From: an uncultured Candidatus Saccharibacteria bacterium | GTDB lineage: Bacteria; Patescibacteriota; Minisyncoccia; Phycocordibacterales; UBA2100 | Reading direction: 5' to 3' | NCBI GenBank assembly: GCA_964350885.1 | Contig: CAYGKV010000002.1 | Location: 36,427 to 100,426 of the forward strand | DNA: 64,000 nt | In this document: one piece after another, positions 8,981 through 17,458 of the stretch | Position numbering within the stretch: the first letter of the stretch is position 1 | How the letters are laid out: every line of letters begins with the position of its first letter | Translations under genes and position numbers: made by a program | The notes under the pieces: generated by a model | Told to the model about the DNA's origin: nothing | What the model saw: only the letters and a program-made list of their open reading frames with translations | The model's database searches: none

Positions 8981-9307
8981 TCATCTACTTGGGTCCGTGA
9001 TCGTTTTCCCTCTCGTGGTTGTCAGAAGATCAAACTGCGATTGGCGATTCTCAAATCCACGGAGTGTCACGTCGAGTGCTGCGCGGTCAAGCGCGGATTG
9101 AGGTAGCGTAGACACTTTGCCCGTCCCATTCAAATCATTCAATATCCGCATGAGTCCCAAGACCCCATAAATGAGCACCGCAATAACGATGAGAAAGAAA
9201 CCTGCGAGAAGCGCAGACCAATAGAGGCTCGCGAGCGTGCGGATGCCCTCTGGTTCATGCCGCCCAGCGACAATCACTCTTGTGCTTTTTGTAAGATTGA
9301 ACTTCAT
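8981..9307 (-). CDS. Small membrane-anchored protein at the end of the pilMNO operon (start moved to MKFNLTK)
   Basis: One TM helix. The ATGA stop/start overlap with the upstream pilO-like gene suggests translational coupling. No family assigned (could be PilP-like). Confidence 0.45.
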   Translation of the reverse strand: MKFNLTKSTRVIVAGRHEPEGIRTLASLYWSALLAGFFLIVIAVLIYGVLGLMRILNDLNGTGKVSTLPQSALDRAALDVTLRGFENRQSQFDLLTTTRGKTITDPSR

Positions 9308-9864
9308 GATGAGGCATCGGGAGTTGTTAAGACACGAAGGTAGGCATTCATACGCCAAACCCCCGAGAGGCCCTTCTCGCTAGCGTTTGGGACGTATTCC
9401 ATATCGAGCCTACCGACTGTCGAAGGAAGAGGAAAAGTTTCAAAGAGTTGAAGCACATGCATGAGCGCGGAGAACTTCCCCTGTGCCTCAATGATAAACC
9501 CCGTCGCCACGATCCCTGCACTTGCCGCGGCTTGCGTAGGCGGTGCACTTTCTGGAATCACACTACTGACGGTAACCTTCACGCCTGCAGCTTTTCCTGT
9601 CGTCTCAATCAAGTTCACGATTGACACAACATCCATGCGAAAAATACCCTCGAGCGTGGCTCTCTCTTCTCTTGTATCTTGCGCAATTGAGTGAAGCCGT
9701 ATTGCTGATGTCTCTTTGCTCTCGGATTCCTGGGTCGCCTGCACGTAGAGTGCACGGTCGACTTCATCCGATTGGATGGTCCATGCAAACAACCCCACTG
9801 CTGCCCATGCAAGGAGCGCCATCGGAAAAAGAAACCAAGTAAGACGTGTGATCTTCTTTTTCAT
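9304..9864 (-). CDS. pilO: Type IV pilus assembly protein PilO-like
   Basis: N-terminal TM anchor followed by a periplasmic domain. Positioned after pilM and pilN in a tightly packed operon. Confidence 0.55.
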   Translation of the reverse strand: MKKKITRLTWFLFPMALLAWAAVGLFAWTIQSDEVDRALYVQATQESESKETSAIRLHSIAQDTREERATLEGIFRMDVVSIVNLIETTGKAAGVKVTVSSVIPESAPPTQAAASAGIVATGFIIEAQGKFSALMHVLQLFETFPLPSTVGRLDMEYVPNASEKGLSGVWRMNAYLRVLTTPDASS

Positions 9865-9868
9865 ACGA

Positions 9869-10387
9869 TTAGAATGTTCCTGTGAGCGTGACCGAGAACC
9901 GCCCGCCTTGCGTACCGGCTAAATCTCCAATAGGAATTGACACGGTTTTGAAATACGAATTCGATTGCAGCGTCTGTCGGTACGCACTGACTCCTTCTCG
10001 AGTACTCGCTGCACCAACTATCATAATTTCTCCAGATACGTATCGAATGTGATCGACAAAGACGCCTTTCGGCCGAAGAGAAAGCGCTATCTCTACCGCC
10101 GAGGAAAGCGTCGAGGTCGCGGATAAGAACGGCGAGAGTATCGTCATAAGTGATTGTGCTCGCGCAATCTCAATACGCTCATTTTGTGCTTCAGGTCTTT
10201 TTTCTCCCGAAGACGAGGGGAGGGCTGATCCGGTGTTCCCTACATGGAGTGCAAGGTACATGGGGAGAAGAGCGAACGCCGCAAGCAGTGCAGATACGAT
10301 CGCAACGAGAGAACCAGCGAGAATAAACCGACCTACATACATCCTCCATAGCGCTTTTTGGGCCCCGCGTGGAAGTAAATTGCTCAT
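9869..10387 (-). CDS. pilN: Type IV pilus assembly protein PilN-like
   Basis: LLP N-terminus, a single TM, and a 4-nt overlap with pilM. Confidence 0.6.
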   Translation of the reverse strand: MSNLLPRGAQKALWRMYVGRFILAGSLVAIVSALLAAFALLPMYLALHVGNTGSALPSSSGEKRPEAQNERIEIARAQSLMTILSPFLSATSTLSSAVEIALSLRPKGVFVDHIRYVSGEIMIVGAASTREGVSAYRQTLQSNSYFKTVSIPIGDLAGTQGGRFSVTLTGTF

Positions 10388-11478
10388 AGCGGGAGAGATC
10401 GAAGCGCCAAGCCGATGGCGGTCGCATACTGGAGAGACGTTCGCCGATCGATGGGCGGAATATACTCATTAAAATCACAGACATTCTGCCAGACATCGCC
10501 ATACACAGTCTGAGCATGTACGCGACCGGCAATATATTCCGTGAGACCATTCAAATTCGAGCTACCGCCTACCAGGACTATCCGCTCCACGCGTGTTATT
10601 TGATCACCTTTCTCATTCCTTCGTGTGTCCCAGTAGTGATAGTGCCGTGCGATTTCATCTCCAAATGCAGACGCGACCTTCATGATCGACTCCTGTTCGG
10701 GGGATTTCGTACTGTCGGAAGAGAGAAGCCCTTGTTCATTTTTAAATACCATTGCTTCGTAAGCAGAGAGAGAGGACTTCCCCGTCAGTGCGCGATTAAT
10801 TGCTTCACCCCCGATCTCAACCGTCGAAGTAAAAATAGGAATTCCTTGTTTCAAGACGGCAAATCCTGTACGGGCACGCCCAAAGTCAACGAGCAGCGTG
10901 ATGGGTTCATTTTCTGTGCCATGGGAGATTGCCCGTGCGATAGAGCGCGCCTCAATCTCAAGAGACAAGAGCGTAATTTCGGCAGCTTCAAATGCGGCGA
11001 CATATGTTTCGGCGAACTCACGAGAGAACACGACAACGCCAATCTCTTCACCTACGCCACTATGGCGCTGGATACGATCAAAATCGAACACGGCTGCTTC
11101 CGGGGCAATGGGAACACGGCCCTCAAATTCAAACTCAATCATGTGCAGCACTTCATCGCGCGATACTCCCTCTGGCACATGCATCTCAAAGACGTACGCC
11201 GCTTCTTCGGGAAGCGCTACATGTGCGCAGTCGATTCCCGGAAGACGTTGCTTGACTTTCTTGAGTATTTGCCCCAATGCTTCGACATCTTTGATAGTCC
11301 CATTCACAACTACCCCCTCTGGAAGAAGCTCTTCGCCATACGTCTCCACGCGATAACCGCTTCCGCTCTCCTCACCCAGCACAAGCCATTTGATAGACGA
11401 ATCAGAAACGTCGATCCCCGCCGAACGGGGAAAAATGAGAGAAGGGGTGGGGAACCAGCGCGCGAGCGTGCGCGACAT
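10384..11478 (-). CDS. pilM: Type IV pilus assembly ATPase-fold protein PilM (start may be 11526 or internal Met 11478)
   Basis: Actin-like/FtsA fold signatures (GIDVSDSSIKWLVL, LLVDFGRARTGFAV, IVLVGGSS). Confidence 0.8.
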   Translation of the reverse strand: MSRTLARWFPTPSLIFPRSAGIDVSDSSIKWLVLGEESGSGYRVETYGEELLPEGVVVNGTIKDVEALGQILKKVKQRLPGIDCAHVALPEEAAYVFEMHVPEGVSRDEVLHMIEFEFEGRVPIAPEAAVFDFDRIQRHSGVGEEIGVVVFSREFAETYVAAFEAAEITLLSLEIEARSIARAISHGTENEPITLLVDFGRARTGFAVLKQGIPIFTSTVEIGGEAINRALTGKSSLSAYEAMVFKNEQGLLSSDSTKSPEQESIMKVASAFGDEIARHYHYWDTRRNEKGDQITRVERIVLVGGSSNLNGLTEYIAGRVHAQTVYGDVWQNVCDFNEYIPPIDRRTSLQYATAIGLALRSLPL

Positions 11479-11547
11479 TGTGTGCAAACTCTCCCCAATA
11501 CGAGAACTCGATGTAAACGCCTTCATTAGAGTCTAGTATATCAGCGA

Positions 11548-11880
11548 TCAGCGCAGTTTTGTCCCCGATGTAAGAGGCCGTTCCGGATTAAGAAGAGCGG
11601 CACCTGCCTCATCACTCGCCGCGAGTAACATTCCCTGGCTTACGACTCCTCGAAGGGTTCTCGGGGCAAGATTCGTAATATACGGAAGCTGCTTGCCTAC
11701 CAACTCTTCCGGCTTTTTCCATTCGGCGATACCAGAGACGATTGTACGCTCGCCAAGCTCACCAAAATCCACCCTGCATTTAATGAGCTTGTCCGTCTCC
11801 GGCACCATTTCTGCAGTAATGACCGTCCCGATCCGAATATCGAGTTTTGCAAAATCTTCGTAACTAATTTCTTCATTCAT
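11548..11880 (-). CDS. tRNA-binding protein (EMAP/Trbp111/CsaA-type OB fold)
   Basis: KLDIRIGTVITAE...LIKCRVDFGE...TIVSGI...QGMLLAA is the standalone MetRS-C-terminal-like tRNA-binding domain. Confidence 0.8.
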   Translation of the reverse strand: MNEEISYEDFAKLDIRIGTVITAEMVPETDKLIKCRVDFGELGERTIVSGIAEWKKPEELVGKQLPYITNLAPRTLRGVVSQGMLLAASDEAGAALLNPERPLTSGTKLR

Positions 11881-11981
11881 CCCTGTATTGTAGCGTATCT
11901 CCCAAAAAGAGCGGAGTGTGGCCGTTTGACAGAGCCCTGCGCAGGGCGGCGGCCCGAGCAGAGAAAATTCTCACCATAGAA

Positions 11982-12389
11982 TTATTCGTGCTCTGGAGAA
12001 TGACCATCGGAGCGCATATCTAAATACCGCTGCAAGATAATTGCAGCCGCAGCTGCATCATCGTGTTCATTACCCTTTTCGGCATATCGCGATGCCTCGA
12101 TCGAACTTCCCGCCTCCCATCCGAGCATTATCGGTAACCCGGTGTGCTTTCTCAATTCTCCGACAAACGCTTCGAGGCCTTTGGTTATCGGATTCTCAAG
12201 TCCCGCAAAGGCACGCGTGTCGCCAACGACGATGGTCTCAACACGCTCATCTGCCGCAATGCCTTTCAGATGTGAGAATAATGTATCGTCGTTTGCCAAA
12301 ACTGTCCGTGGAAATGCAATCTTCCCATCTGAATCGGAAACCGCTACACCAACCCGCTTCGTACCATAATCAATTCCAAGGTATTTCAT
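11982..12389 (-). CDS. yqgF: Putative pre-16S rRNA nuclease / Holliday-junction resolvase-like YqgF (RuvX)
   Basis: [19 protein letters not shown] start and a conserved RNase H-like core. Confidence 0.85.
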   Translation of the reverse strand: MKYLGIDYGTKRVGVAVSDSDGKIAFPRTVLANDDTLFSHLKGIAADERVETIVVGDTRAFAGLENPITKGLEAFVGELRKHTGLPIMLGWEAGSSIEASRYAEKGNEHDDAAAAAIILQRYLDMRSDGHSPEHE

Positions 12390-12793
12390 AGAAGTTTCGA
12401 TGTTTTATACACCTCCGGTCTGAATGCTGAAAGCCGGACGATTTTTGTCTCGAGCCCTGCTCGCCGCAAATCTGCCTCCAGATGCTCCACATACTCGCCA
12501 CTCTGATCGTATCCAAGCGCGATACTATCCGGCCGAACGGCAACGATATGCGCGAGATAACCCGTTTCGTCGCCCAGAAGCGCTTCATCAACAAGCTCGT
12601 GTACCGCGACTCGCGCAGTCCGCTCATCTTCCCCGTGCCGCGGAGGCGCCCCCTTCACGCGCGCGACAGAGGAGTCGCGCGCGACAGAAACGATCAGGTG
12701 TGGTTCCGGAGAGAGTGCCCGCGCCTGTCTAAAAAAATCAACATGCCCTTCGTGGATCATATCAAACGTTCCGAAAACCATTATCCGTGCCAT
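12386..12793 (-). CDS. Cytidylyltransferase-fold FMN adenylyltransferase, archaeal RibL type (alternative: TagD-like glycerol-3-P cytidylyltransferase)
   Basis: [13 protein letters not shown] (HxGH nucleotidyltransferase motif) followed by [15 protein letters not shown]...VDEALLG, which aligns well with M. jannaschii RibL. Assigned from memory of the family, not from a search. Confidence 0.55.
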   Translation of the reverse strand: MARIMVFGTFDMIHEGHVDFFRQARALSPEPHLIVSVARDSSVARVKGAPPRHGEDERTARVAVHELVDEALLGDETGYLAHIVAVRPDSIALGYDQSGEYVEHLEADLRRAGLETKIVRLSAFRPEVYKTSKLL

Positions 12794-12823
12794 TGGACTT
12801 AGAGTATACCGCGCGGGCTTTCT

Positions 12824-13798
12824 TCACGACCGCACATCTGCAACCGCTGATTCCTCGTTAACGCGACTCAACATGATTATGGCGAGGAGGAGAAGGGCCG
12901 TGCCGATCCACTGCCCCGTCACAAGCCCGAGAAACGCTCCGGGAATCGGAGCCTGCGCTATGAAATACGCATTCACGAAAACAGCCGCGAGCGGGAACCC
13001 AAGCTCGGCAATCGTTGCAATCGACGCATTCGTAAACTGCAAACCGTAATAGTACAAAAAGAGTGAAAACACACCGGAGGTGAGTGCGATGATGACGATA
13101 AACAGCCAATCGGTCTGCGTAACAGATGCGATAGACGGAAACGAGTGTTGCGTCGTCGTTAGAATCGCTAGAAAAATAAATGCGATGATGAACCTGAGCG
13201 ACGTAAGTGTTTGGAATGCCGCTGTCCGTAGGACGTATTTACCCAGCACGGTCGAGGCACCCCACAAGACGGCGGCAGTAAGCGCCAAAAGCACTCCCAC
13301 GGTATTCGGATTGAATTCCTCTCCGGCATAGAGCCGCGGCACAAGGTCGGGAAAGCTGATGAGGTACGCGCCCGCAAGTGCCCCTCCGCTCCACAGCCAA
13401 AAATTCTTGTGCAGTTTTTCTCCCAAAAGAAGAACCGCAAGTGTGATCGCAATGAATGGCTGCACTTTTTGTAACAAAATCGATACCGATGGATTCACGT
13501 AGTGAAAAGACTCGGTGAAGGCCACTGATGCGAGAGCCGATCCTCCGATCGCGATTGCGAGCACTGCAGCCCACTCTCGCAGAGAAAGCTTGCGAACGTC
13601 GGCCCAATTGAAGAGGAGGATCGGGATTGCAATCAAGAGCGAGACGCCGTGTTCTGCAAGAACGATGAAATTGGATGAGAGGCCTTCCGTGAGATACGAA
13701 CGAAAGGGCGCATCGGTCGCCCAAAGTGCCGCAGCAAGAAACACAAAAGCCGGGCCAAAGATAGCAATAGAATGCCGCGAGAACATGATGGTAGACAT
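12824..13798 (-). CDS. EamA/DMT-superfamily transporter (10 TM)
   Basis: Two EamA repeats of 5 TM each. The family includes the riboflavin importer RibN. Confidence 0.8.
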   Translation of the reverse strand: MSTIMFSRHSIAIFGPAFVFLAAALWATDAPFRSYLTEGLSSNFIVLAEHGVSLLIAIPILLFNWADVRKLSLREWAAVLAIAIGGSALASVAFTESFHYVNPSVSILLQKVQPFIAITLAVLLLGEKLHKNFWLWSGGALAGAYLISFPDLVPRLYAGEEFNPNTVGVLLALTAAVLWGASTVLGKYVLRTAAFQTLTSLRFIIAFIFLAILTTTQHSFPSIASVTQTDWLFIVIIALTSGVFSLFLYYYGLQFTNASIATIAELGFPLAAVFVNAYFIAQAPIPGAFLGLVTGQWIGTALLLLAIIMLSRVNEESAVADVRS

Positions 13799-13804
13799 TC
13801 TACA

Positions 13805-14146
13805 CTATTCCTTAAAGTACGCCCGGGTCGCTGCGACATCACCGGCGATCGCGCTCCGCAAACTCTTGTCGTCTGCAAACCTCTTGTCGTCTCGAATCTT
13901 TTTTAATAACGCTATCGTCACGCTCCATCCGTACAGATCCTTTGAGAAATCCAGGATGTGAGCTTCCAGCACCTTTCTCTTCTGGTCTGCATACGCAACT
14001 GCTTCATATTCTTCCTCACCGATCTTCACCGTGGCTGCATAAATCCCCGATACCGACGTGTCATCCAACGGAATATTTACGGTTCGATACCCGAGCGCCT
14101 CTGCGCGTGCAGTACCTCTACCCACAATAGCTATATAGAAACTCAT
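13805..14146 (-). CDS. Standalone riboflavin kinase domain (start moved to MSFYIAIVGRG)
   Basis: VGRGTARAEALGYRTVNIP...GIYAATVKIGEEEYEAVAY...EAHILDFSKDLYGW is the RibF C-terminal (flavokinase) signature. The ORF-track start at 14254 would overlap tRNA-Ser. Confidence 0.7.
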   Translation of the reverse strand: MSFYIAIVGRGTARAEALGYRTVNIPLDDTSVSGIYAATVKIGEEEYEAVAYADQKRKVLEAHILDFSKDLYGWSVTIALLKKIRDDKRFADDKSLRSAIAGDVAATRAYFKE

Positions 14147-14155
14147 GGCGGAGGG

Positions 14156-14243
14156 AGTGAGATTCGAACTCACGGTGCCTTGCGACACTCTTGTTTTCAA
14201 GACAAGCGCGTTAGACCTCTCCGCCATCCCTCCCTTACGCCCG
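14156..14243 (-). tRNA. tRNA-Ser (anticodon TGA), CCA encoded
   Basis: 88 nt. Acceptor GGAGGGA/TCCCTCC, anticodon arm CTTGT-CTTGAAA-ACAAG, long variable arm, T-arm GTGAG-TTCGAAT-CTCAC, discriminator G, CCA. Confidence 0.9.
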
Positions 14244-14789
14244 CAGAATATCACGTAGCCAGCTTTTTTCTAAATAGTGCTCCTCGTAGTGACAATTCGG
14301 ACAAACTAGCTCCAGGTTTTCTAACGCATTATTGTCCCGATTTCTGTCTCTGTGATGTACGTGCAATATTTCAACTCTACTATAGCCGCATCGTTCACAT
14401 TTTGTGCCTCGCTGATTGACCAGTCGAATTTTCAAAGCACGCTCACTTACCACCTTGTCTCGAGGTCTGCCAATCTTGTACTTTATACCAGCTCTGTGTG
14501 TATTTGCACATGCCCTGCTACAGGTCTTCGCGTTTTTACTGGCAACAATAGGAGCGCCGCAAACCACACAGGGCATCTCTATTCTTTGTGAAATTCCGTA
14601 GCATAGTAGCCCACAAAACGCCCTGCCTTTGCTGGCTTGAAGCAGGATTGGTCGTCGGTATACGGGTCTATTACAAACAATACAGTTTACGTTAGGGTTC
14701 CTTTTGTATTGCTCAGCCACCCTTCCAGTGTACCACCGACAAACAAAACTCTTCGCACGCGTAAGAATGAGCTGAAAAACGCGATACAA
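14235..14789 (-). CDS. HNH endonuclease with N-terminal zinc-ribbon repeats
   Basis: HVHHRDRNRDNNALENLELVCPNCH HNH motif, plus CIVCN...CGLLC...CVVCG...CSRAC ribbons. Its stop (14235-14237) overlaps the tRNA-Ser 5' end by 9 nt. Confidence 0.85.
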   Translation of the reverse strand: MYRVFQLILTRAKSFVCRWYTGRVAEQYKRNPNVNCIVCNRPVYRRPILLQASKGRAFCGLLCYGISQRIEMPCVVCGAPIVASKNAKTCSRACANTHRAGIKYKIGRPRDKVVSERALKIRLVNQRGTKCERCGYSRVEILHVHHRDRNRDNNALENLELVCPNCHYEEHYLEKSWLRDILRA

Positions 14790-14797
14790 TACCCATC

Positions 14798-15268
14798 ATG
14801 CCCCCAGAGAGAACGACCTTGGAGTGGAGTGCGTATGAACACGAGCACATCCCGCGCGGGAGCGATTGGTATTGGGCGCTCGGCATCATCGCCGTCTCGG
14901 CCGCACTCACGAGCATTCTTTTTCACAACATCTTCTTCGCGATTATCATCGTTATCGCGGCAACAATACTCGGCATGCTCGCGAACACGCCACCGCACCG
15001 AGCGGAGTTCGAAGTCTCCGATCGCGGCATCCGCGTCGACGACACACTCCACGCGTACGAAGAAATAATTTCTTTTTGGGTGGAAGAAGAAAAAGGCCCG
15101 AATCCACTCCTCCTCGTCGACACCACCAAATTCATGTCGCCCAACCTGATCATCCCCCTTGAAGATATCGATCCGCATGCAGTGCGTACCTATTTGCAAG
15201 AGCACACCCAAGAAGTCCCTATGAAAGAACCGTTCGCGCACAAGATTCTTGAATTCTTTGGACTCTGA
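14798..15268 (+). CDS. Hypothetical 2-TM membrane protein
   Basis: ORF with two adjacent hydrophobic helices. No family assigned. Confidence 0.45.
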   Translation: MPPERTTLEWSAYEHEHIPRGSDWYWALGIIAVSAALTSILFHNIFFAIIIVIAATILGMLANTPPHRAEFEVSDRGIRVDDTLHAYEEIISFWVEEEKGPNPLLLVDTTKFMSPNLIIPLEDIDPHAVRTYLQEHTQEVPMKEPFAHKILEFFGL

Positions 15269-15330
15269 AAAATGCGCCCATCCGCGTTTTTCACCACTGA
15301 GCGAGCGGAGTGAGCCAAAGGGTTATCCGC

Positions 15331-17139
15331 CTAGGGCGTAATCGTAATCGTTGTCGTTGCCTCTCTCACTCCGCCACCGAGCGTCTCGCATTGAAGAAGA
15401 AAAACAGACTCTCCGACAATGGGGGAAGTCGATGCGACTCCGCTCGTACTCATATTCGATGCGTTCCTTGCGGTGAAATCAACTTGATCCGGACTCGACA
15501 CGACACAGGATTTCATACCACCAGTAAGCCAGCCGAGCACAGAAACACCATCTGGTGCTACGGTCTTCGGATTTGCTACGAAGATGCTGAAGGGCTTCGC
15601 AACCTGCACGCTGCATTGCGCATTGGTGAGAACGCCCAGATTTGCACAGGTGAGCCCAAACGAAGCGGTGTTGGTGCCGATAGGCGGAGTGGGGAGAGTG
15701 ATGCTCGTGGAGCCCGAAAGCGCCCCTCCCGTATCAAAGCCTTGCCCGACACTCTTTCCGATAGAGCATCCCCACGCGAGAGCGATCGCCATCCCCACAT
15801 CCGCCACTTTGGGCTGACAGGAGAGCTCTGCTTTTGGGGCAGCGCCACTGCCTCCCCCACCCCCCGGCTTACAAGGCTTCGGAGGTTCGGGGCGTGTAGG
15901 GGCCCCGACTCTATCACCGTACGCCGCATTGAGTCGTAGTTCGTAGTTGTATTGATCGAGTGCGCTCTGATACTCTTCGCGCTGCTGCTGATACTTCTGC
16001 TGTTGCTGTTGAAGGGCCGCGGAGTCGGTCGCGCATGTCTCGGGCTCGCCTCCTCCGCTACCTCCGCCTCCACCACCACTCCCGCCTCCTCCGAGCGCTT
16101 TCATGAGTTGATCCATAAATCCTCCCGGCGGAGCGCCACTACCTGGAGGTGGAGGAAATGTACTTTGTGGACCTGGCGGGCCGGGAGGACCTTGCGGACC
16201 CGGAGGACCTGGTGGGGCAAGGGGGTCCACCTTGGGTTTGAGCTCTTTCACATTGTCGGCAAAGAATTTTTTCTGCGCTTCAATCGCCGCAAGTTTTGCT
16301 TTTTCTGCGTCTAACTTTGCTTTCGCCTCGGCCAATACTCTCTCTTGCGTAGCTGTTCCCTGAACACTTGCCGCTTTCTCCGCCGCATCAACAGCTTGCT
16401 GAGCCTCTTTCACCACCTCAGCCTGTGCGGCTGCTTGTTCTCCGAAAGCATCGTAGATACCCTGCGCCTGCTCCGCAGAAAGTTGGGTTGGCGCAACGCC
16501 GCCAGAAGATGTAAGCGCGGGAGCACCATCAGCAGCCGTTGGTTTTGAAACCTCAACCCCGCCTTTGAATAACTCTGCCGGCTTACATACTTTTTTATCA
16601 CCCTCCATCTTGCAAACGCTTATCGCGCACTCTCCGTCTTTTGAATCAGGCACTCGGGAGGGATTTGTCACAGATGTAACTCTCCCCGGTTCGATATTTG
16701 CGGTACCCACCCTTCCTACGCATTGATAGTCACTTGGATTTTTACTCGGTTTTTTGCCTTTAATAAGAATCGCCCCGTGACATTTATCTAAGGCACCTAT
16801 ATCTCCTTTATCAGCAATACTTATTGCCTCGCCGTCGTCCTGTTTATCAAATGCCTTTTCTTTTGCCGCGGCACAGCTTATAGGTGCTTCAGTCTCTGGC
16901 GGAGTGGCGGGTGCTGTCGTTGATTTGTCTCCGCCTGTCTCCCCTTCTCCTTCTGTGGCAGAGCCCCCGAGCGAAGCGGTTTGGGATGATGGGTCGGTGC
17001 CAGGCGCGAGGGTTTCAACCCCTATCGCTGCGACACTGAGAAGCGCGACAAAGACAAGCGCGGGCAGAACCGCAAAGCCGCGATGCATAGAGCGATACAT
17101 GCGGCGATTATAGCATCGCGACCGTATGCGCAATGTCAT
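15331..17139 (-). CDS. Large secreted low-complexity protein with a collagen-like PPGPPGPQGPPGPPGPQ tract and poly-Gly/Ser runs
   Basis: 602 aa. N-terminal signal/TM (AVLPALVFVALLSVAAIG). Tracts GGGGSGGGGGGSGGG and QQQQQKYQQQREEY, an Ala/Lys-rich coiled-coil segment, and about 14 Cys. Confidence 0.65.
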   Translation of the reverse strand: MTLRIRSRCYNRRMYRSMHRGFAVLPALVFVALLSVAAIGVETLAPGTDPSSQTASLGGSATEGEGETGGDKSTTAPATPPETEAPISCAAAKEKAFDKQDDGEAISIADKGDIGALDKCHGAILIKGKKPSKNPSDYQCVGRVGTANIEPGRVTSVTNPSRVPDSKDGECAISVCKMEGDKKVCKPAELFKGGVEVSKPTAADGAPALTSSGGVAPTQLSAEQAQGIYDAFGEQAAAQAEVVKEAQQAVDAAEKAASVQGTATQERVLAEAKAKLDAEKAKLAAIEAQKKFFADNVKELKPKVDPLAPPGPPGPQGPPGPPGPQSTFPPPPGSGAPPGGFMDQLMKALGGGGSGGGGGGSGGGEPETCATDSAALQQQQQKYQQQREEYQSALDQYNYELRLNAAYGDRVGAPTRPEPPKPCKPGGGGGSGAAPKAELSCQPKVADVGMAIALAWGCSIGKSVGQGFDTGGALSGSTSITLPTPPIGTNTASFGLTCANLGVLTNAQCSVQVAKPFSIFVANPKTVAPDGVSVLGWLTGGMKSCVVSSPDQVDFTARNASNMSTSGVASTSPIVGESVFLLQCETLGGGVREATTTITITP

Positions 17140-17198
17140 GGAAATGAGAAATGTGGAGAAATGGGAAAATATGCTACATTTCTCCTGTTAGCCGTTTC

Positions 17199-17270
17199 GC
17201 TCTCGTCGTTCAATGGATCGGACACTTCCCTGCGAAGGAAGAAATGCAGGTTCGATTCCTGCCGAGGGCA
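17199..17270 (+). tRNA. tRNA-Arg with apparent anticodon GCG, no encoded CCA
   Basis: Acceptor GCTCTCG/CGAGGGC (one G-U pair), D-loop AATGGATC with A20 (an Arg identity element), anticodon arm CTTCC-CTGCGAA-GGAAG, T-arm GCAGG-TTCGATT-CCTGC. GCG at position 34-36 is unusual for bacteria. Confidence 0.7.
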
Positions 17271-17458
17271 TAGCATGGAGCGCAGCGAGATGCTGTGCCC
17301 GAGGAGCAAGAGTGCGGGGCACTCTTGCGTCAGGAATCGAAAGATTTTGCGGGGGCCCATTCAGTAGAATGGGTCGCAAAATCAGGGCTGAGAAATTTCT
17401 TGATGCGACGGCATTAAGAAATGTTCTTAGCCGATCCCCCCCGAGGGCACCAAGAGGT

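Noticed and set aside
10516-11529. 337-aa plus-strand ORF
   Set aside because: Antisense to the well-supported pilM gene. Its length is explained by GC-rich antisense reading and it has no recognisable motifs.
15576-16314. Several ORFs on both strands inside 15331-17139
   Set aside because: They overlap the large secreted-protein gene. The Gly/Pro/Ala codon bias generates open frames on all strands.
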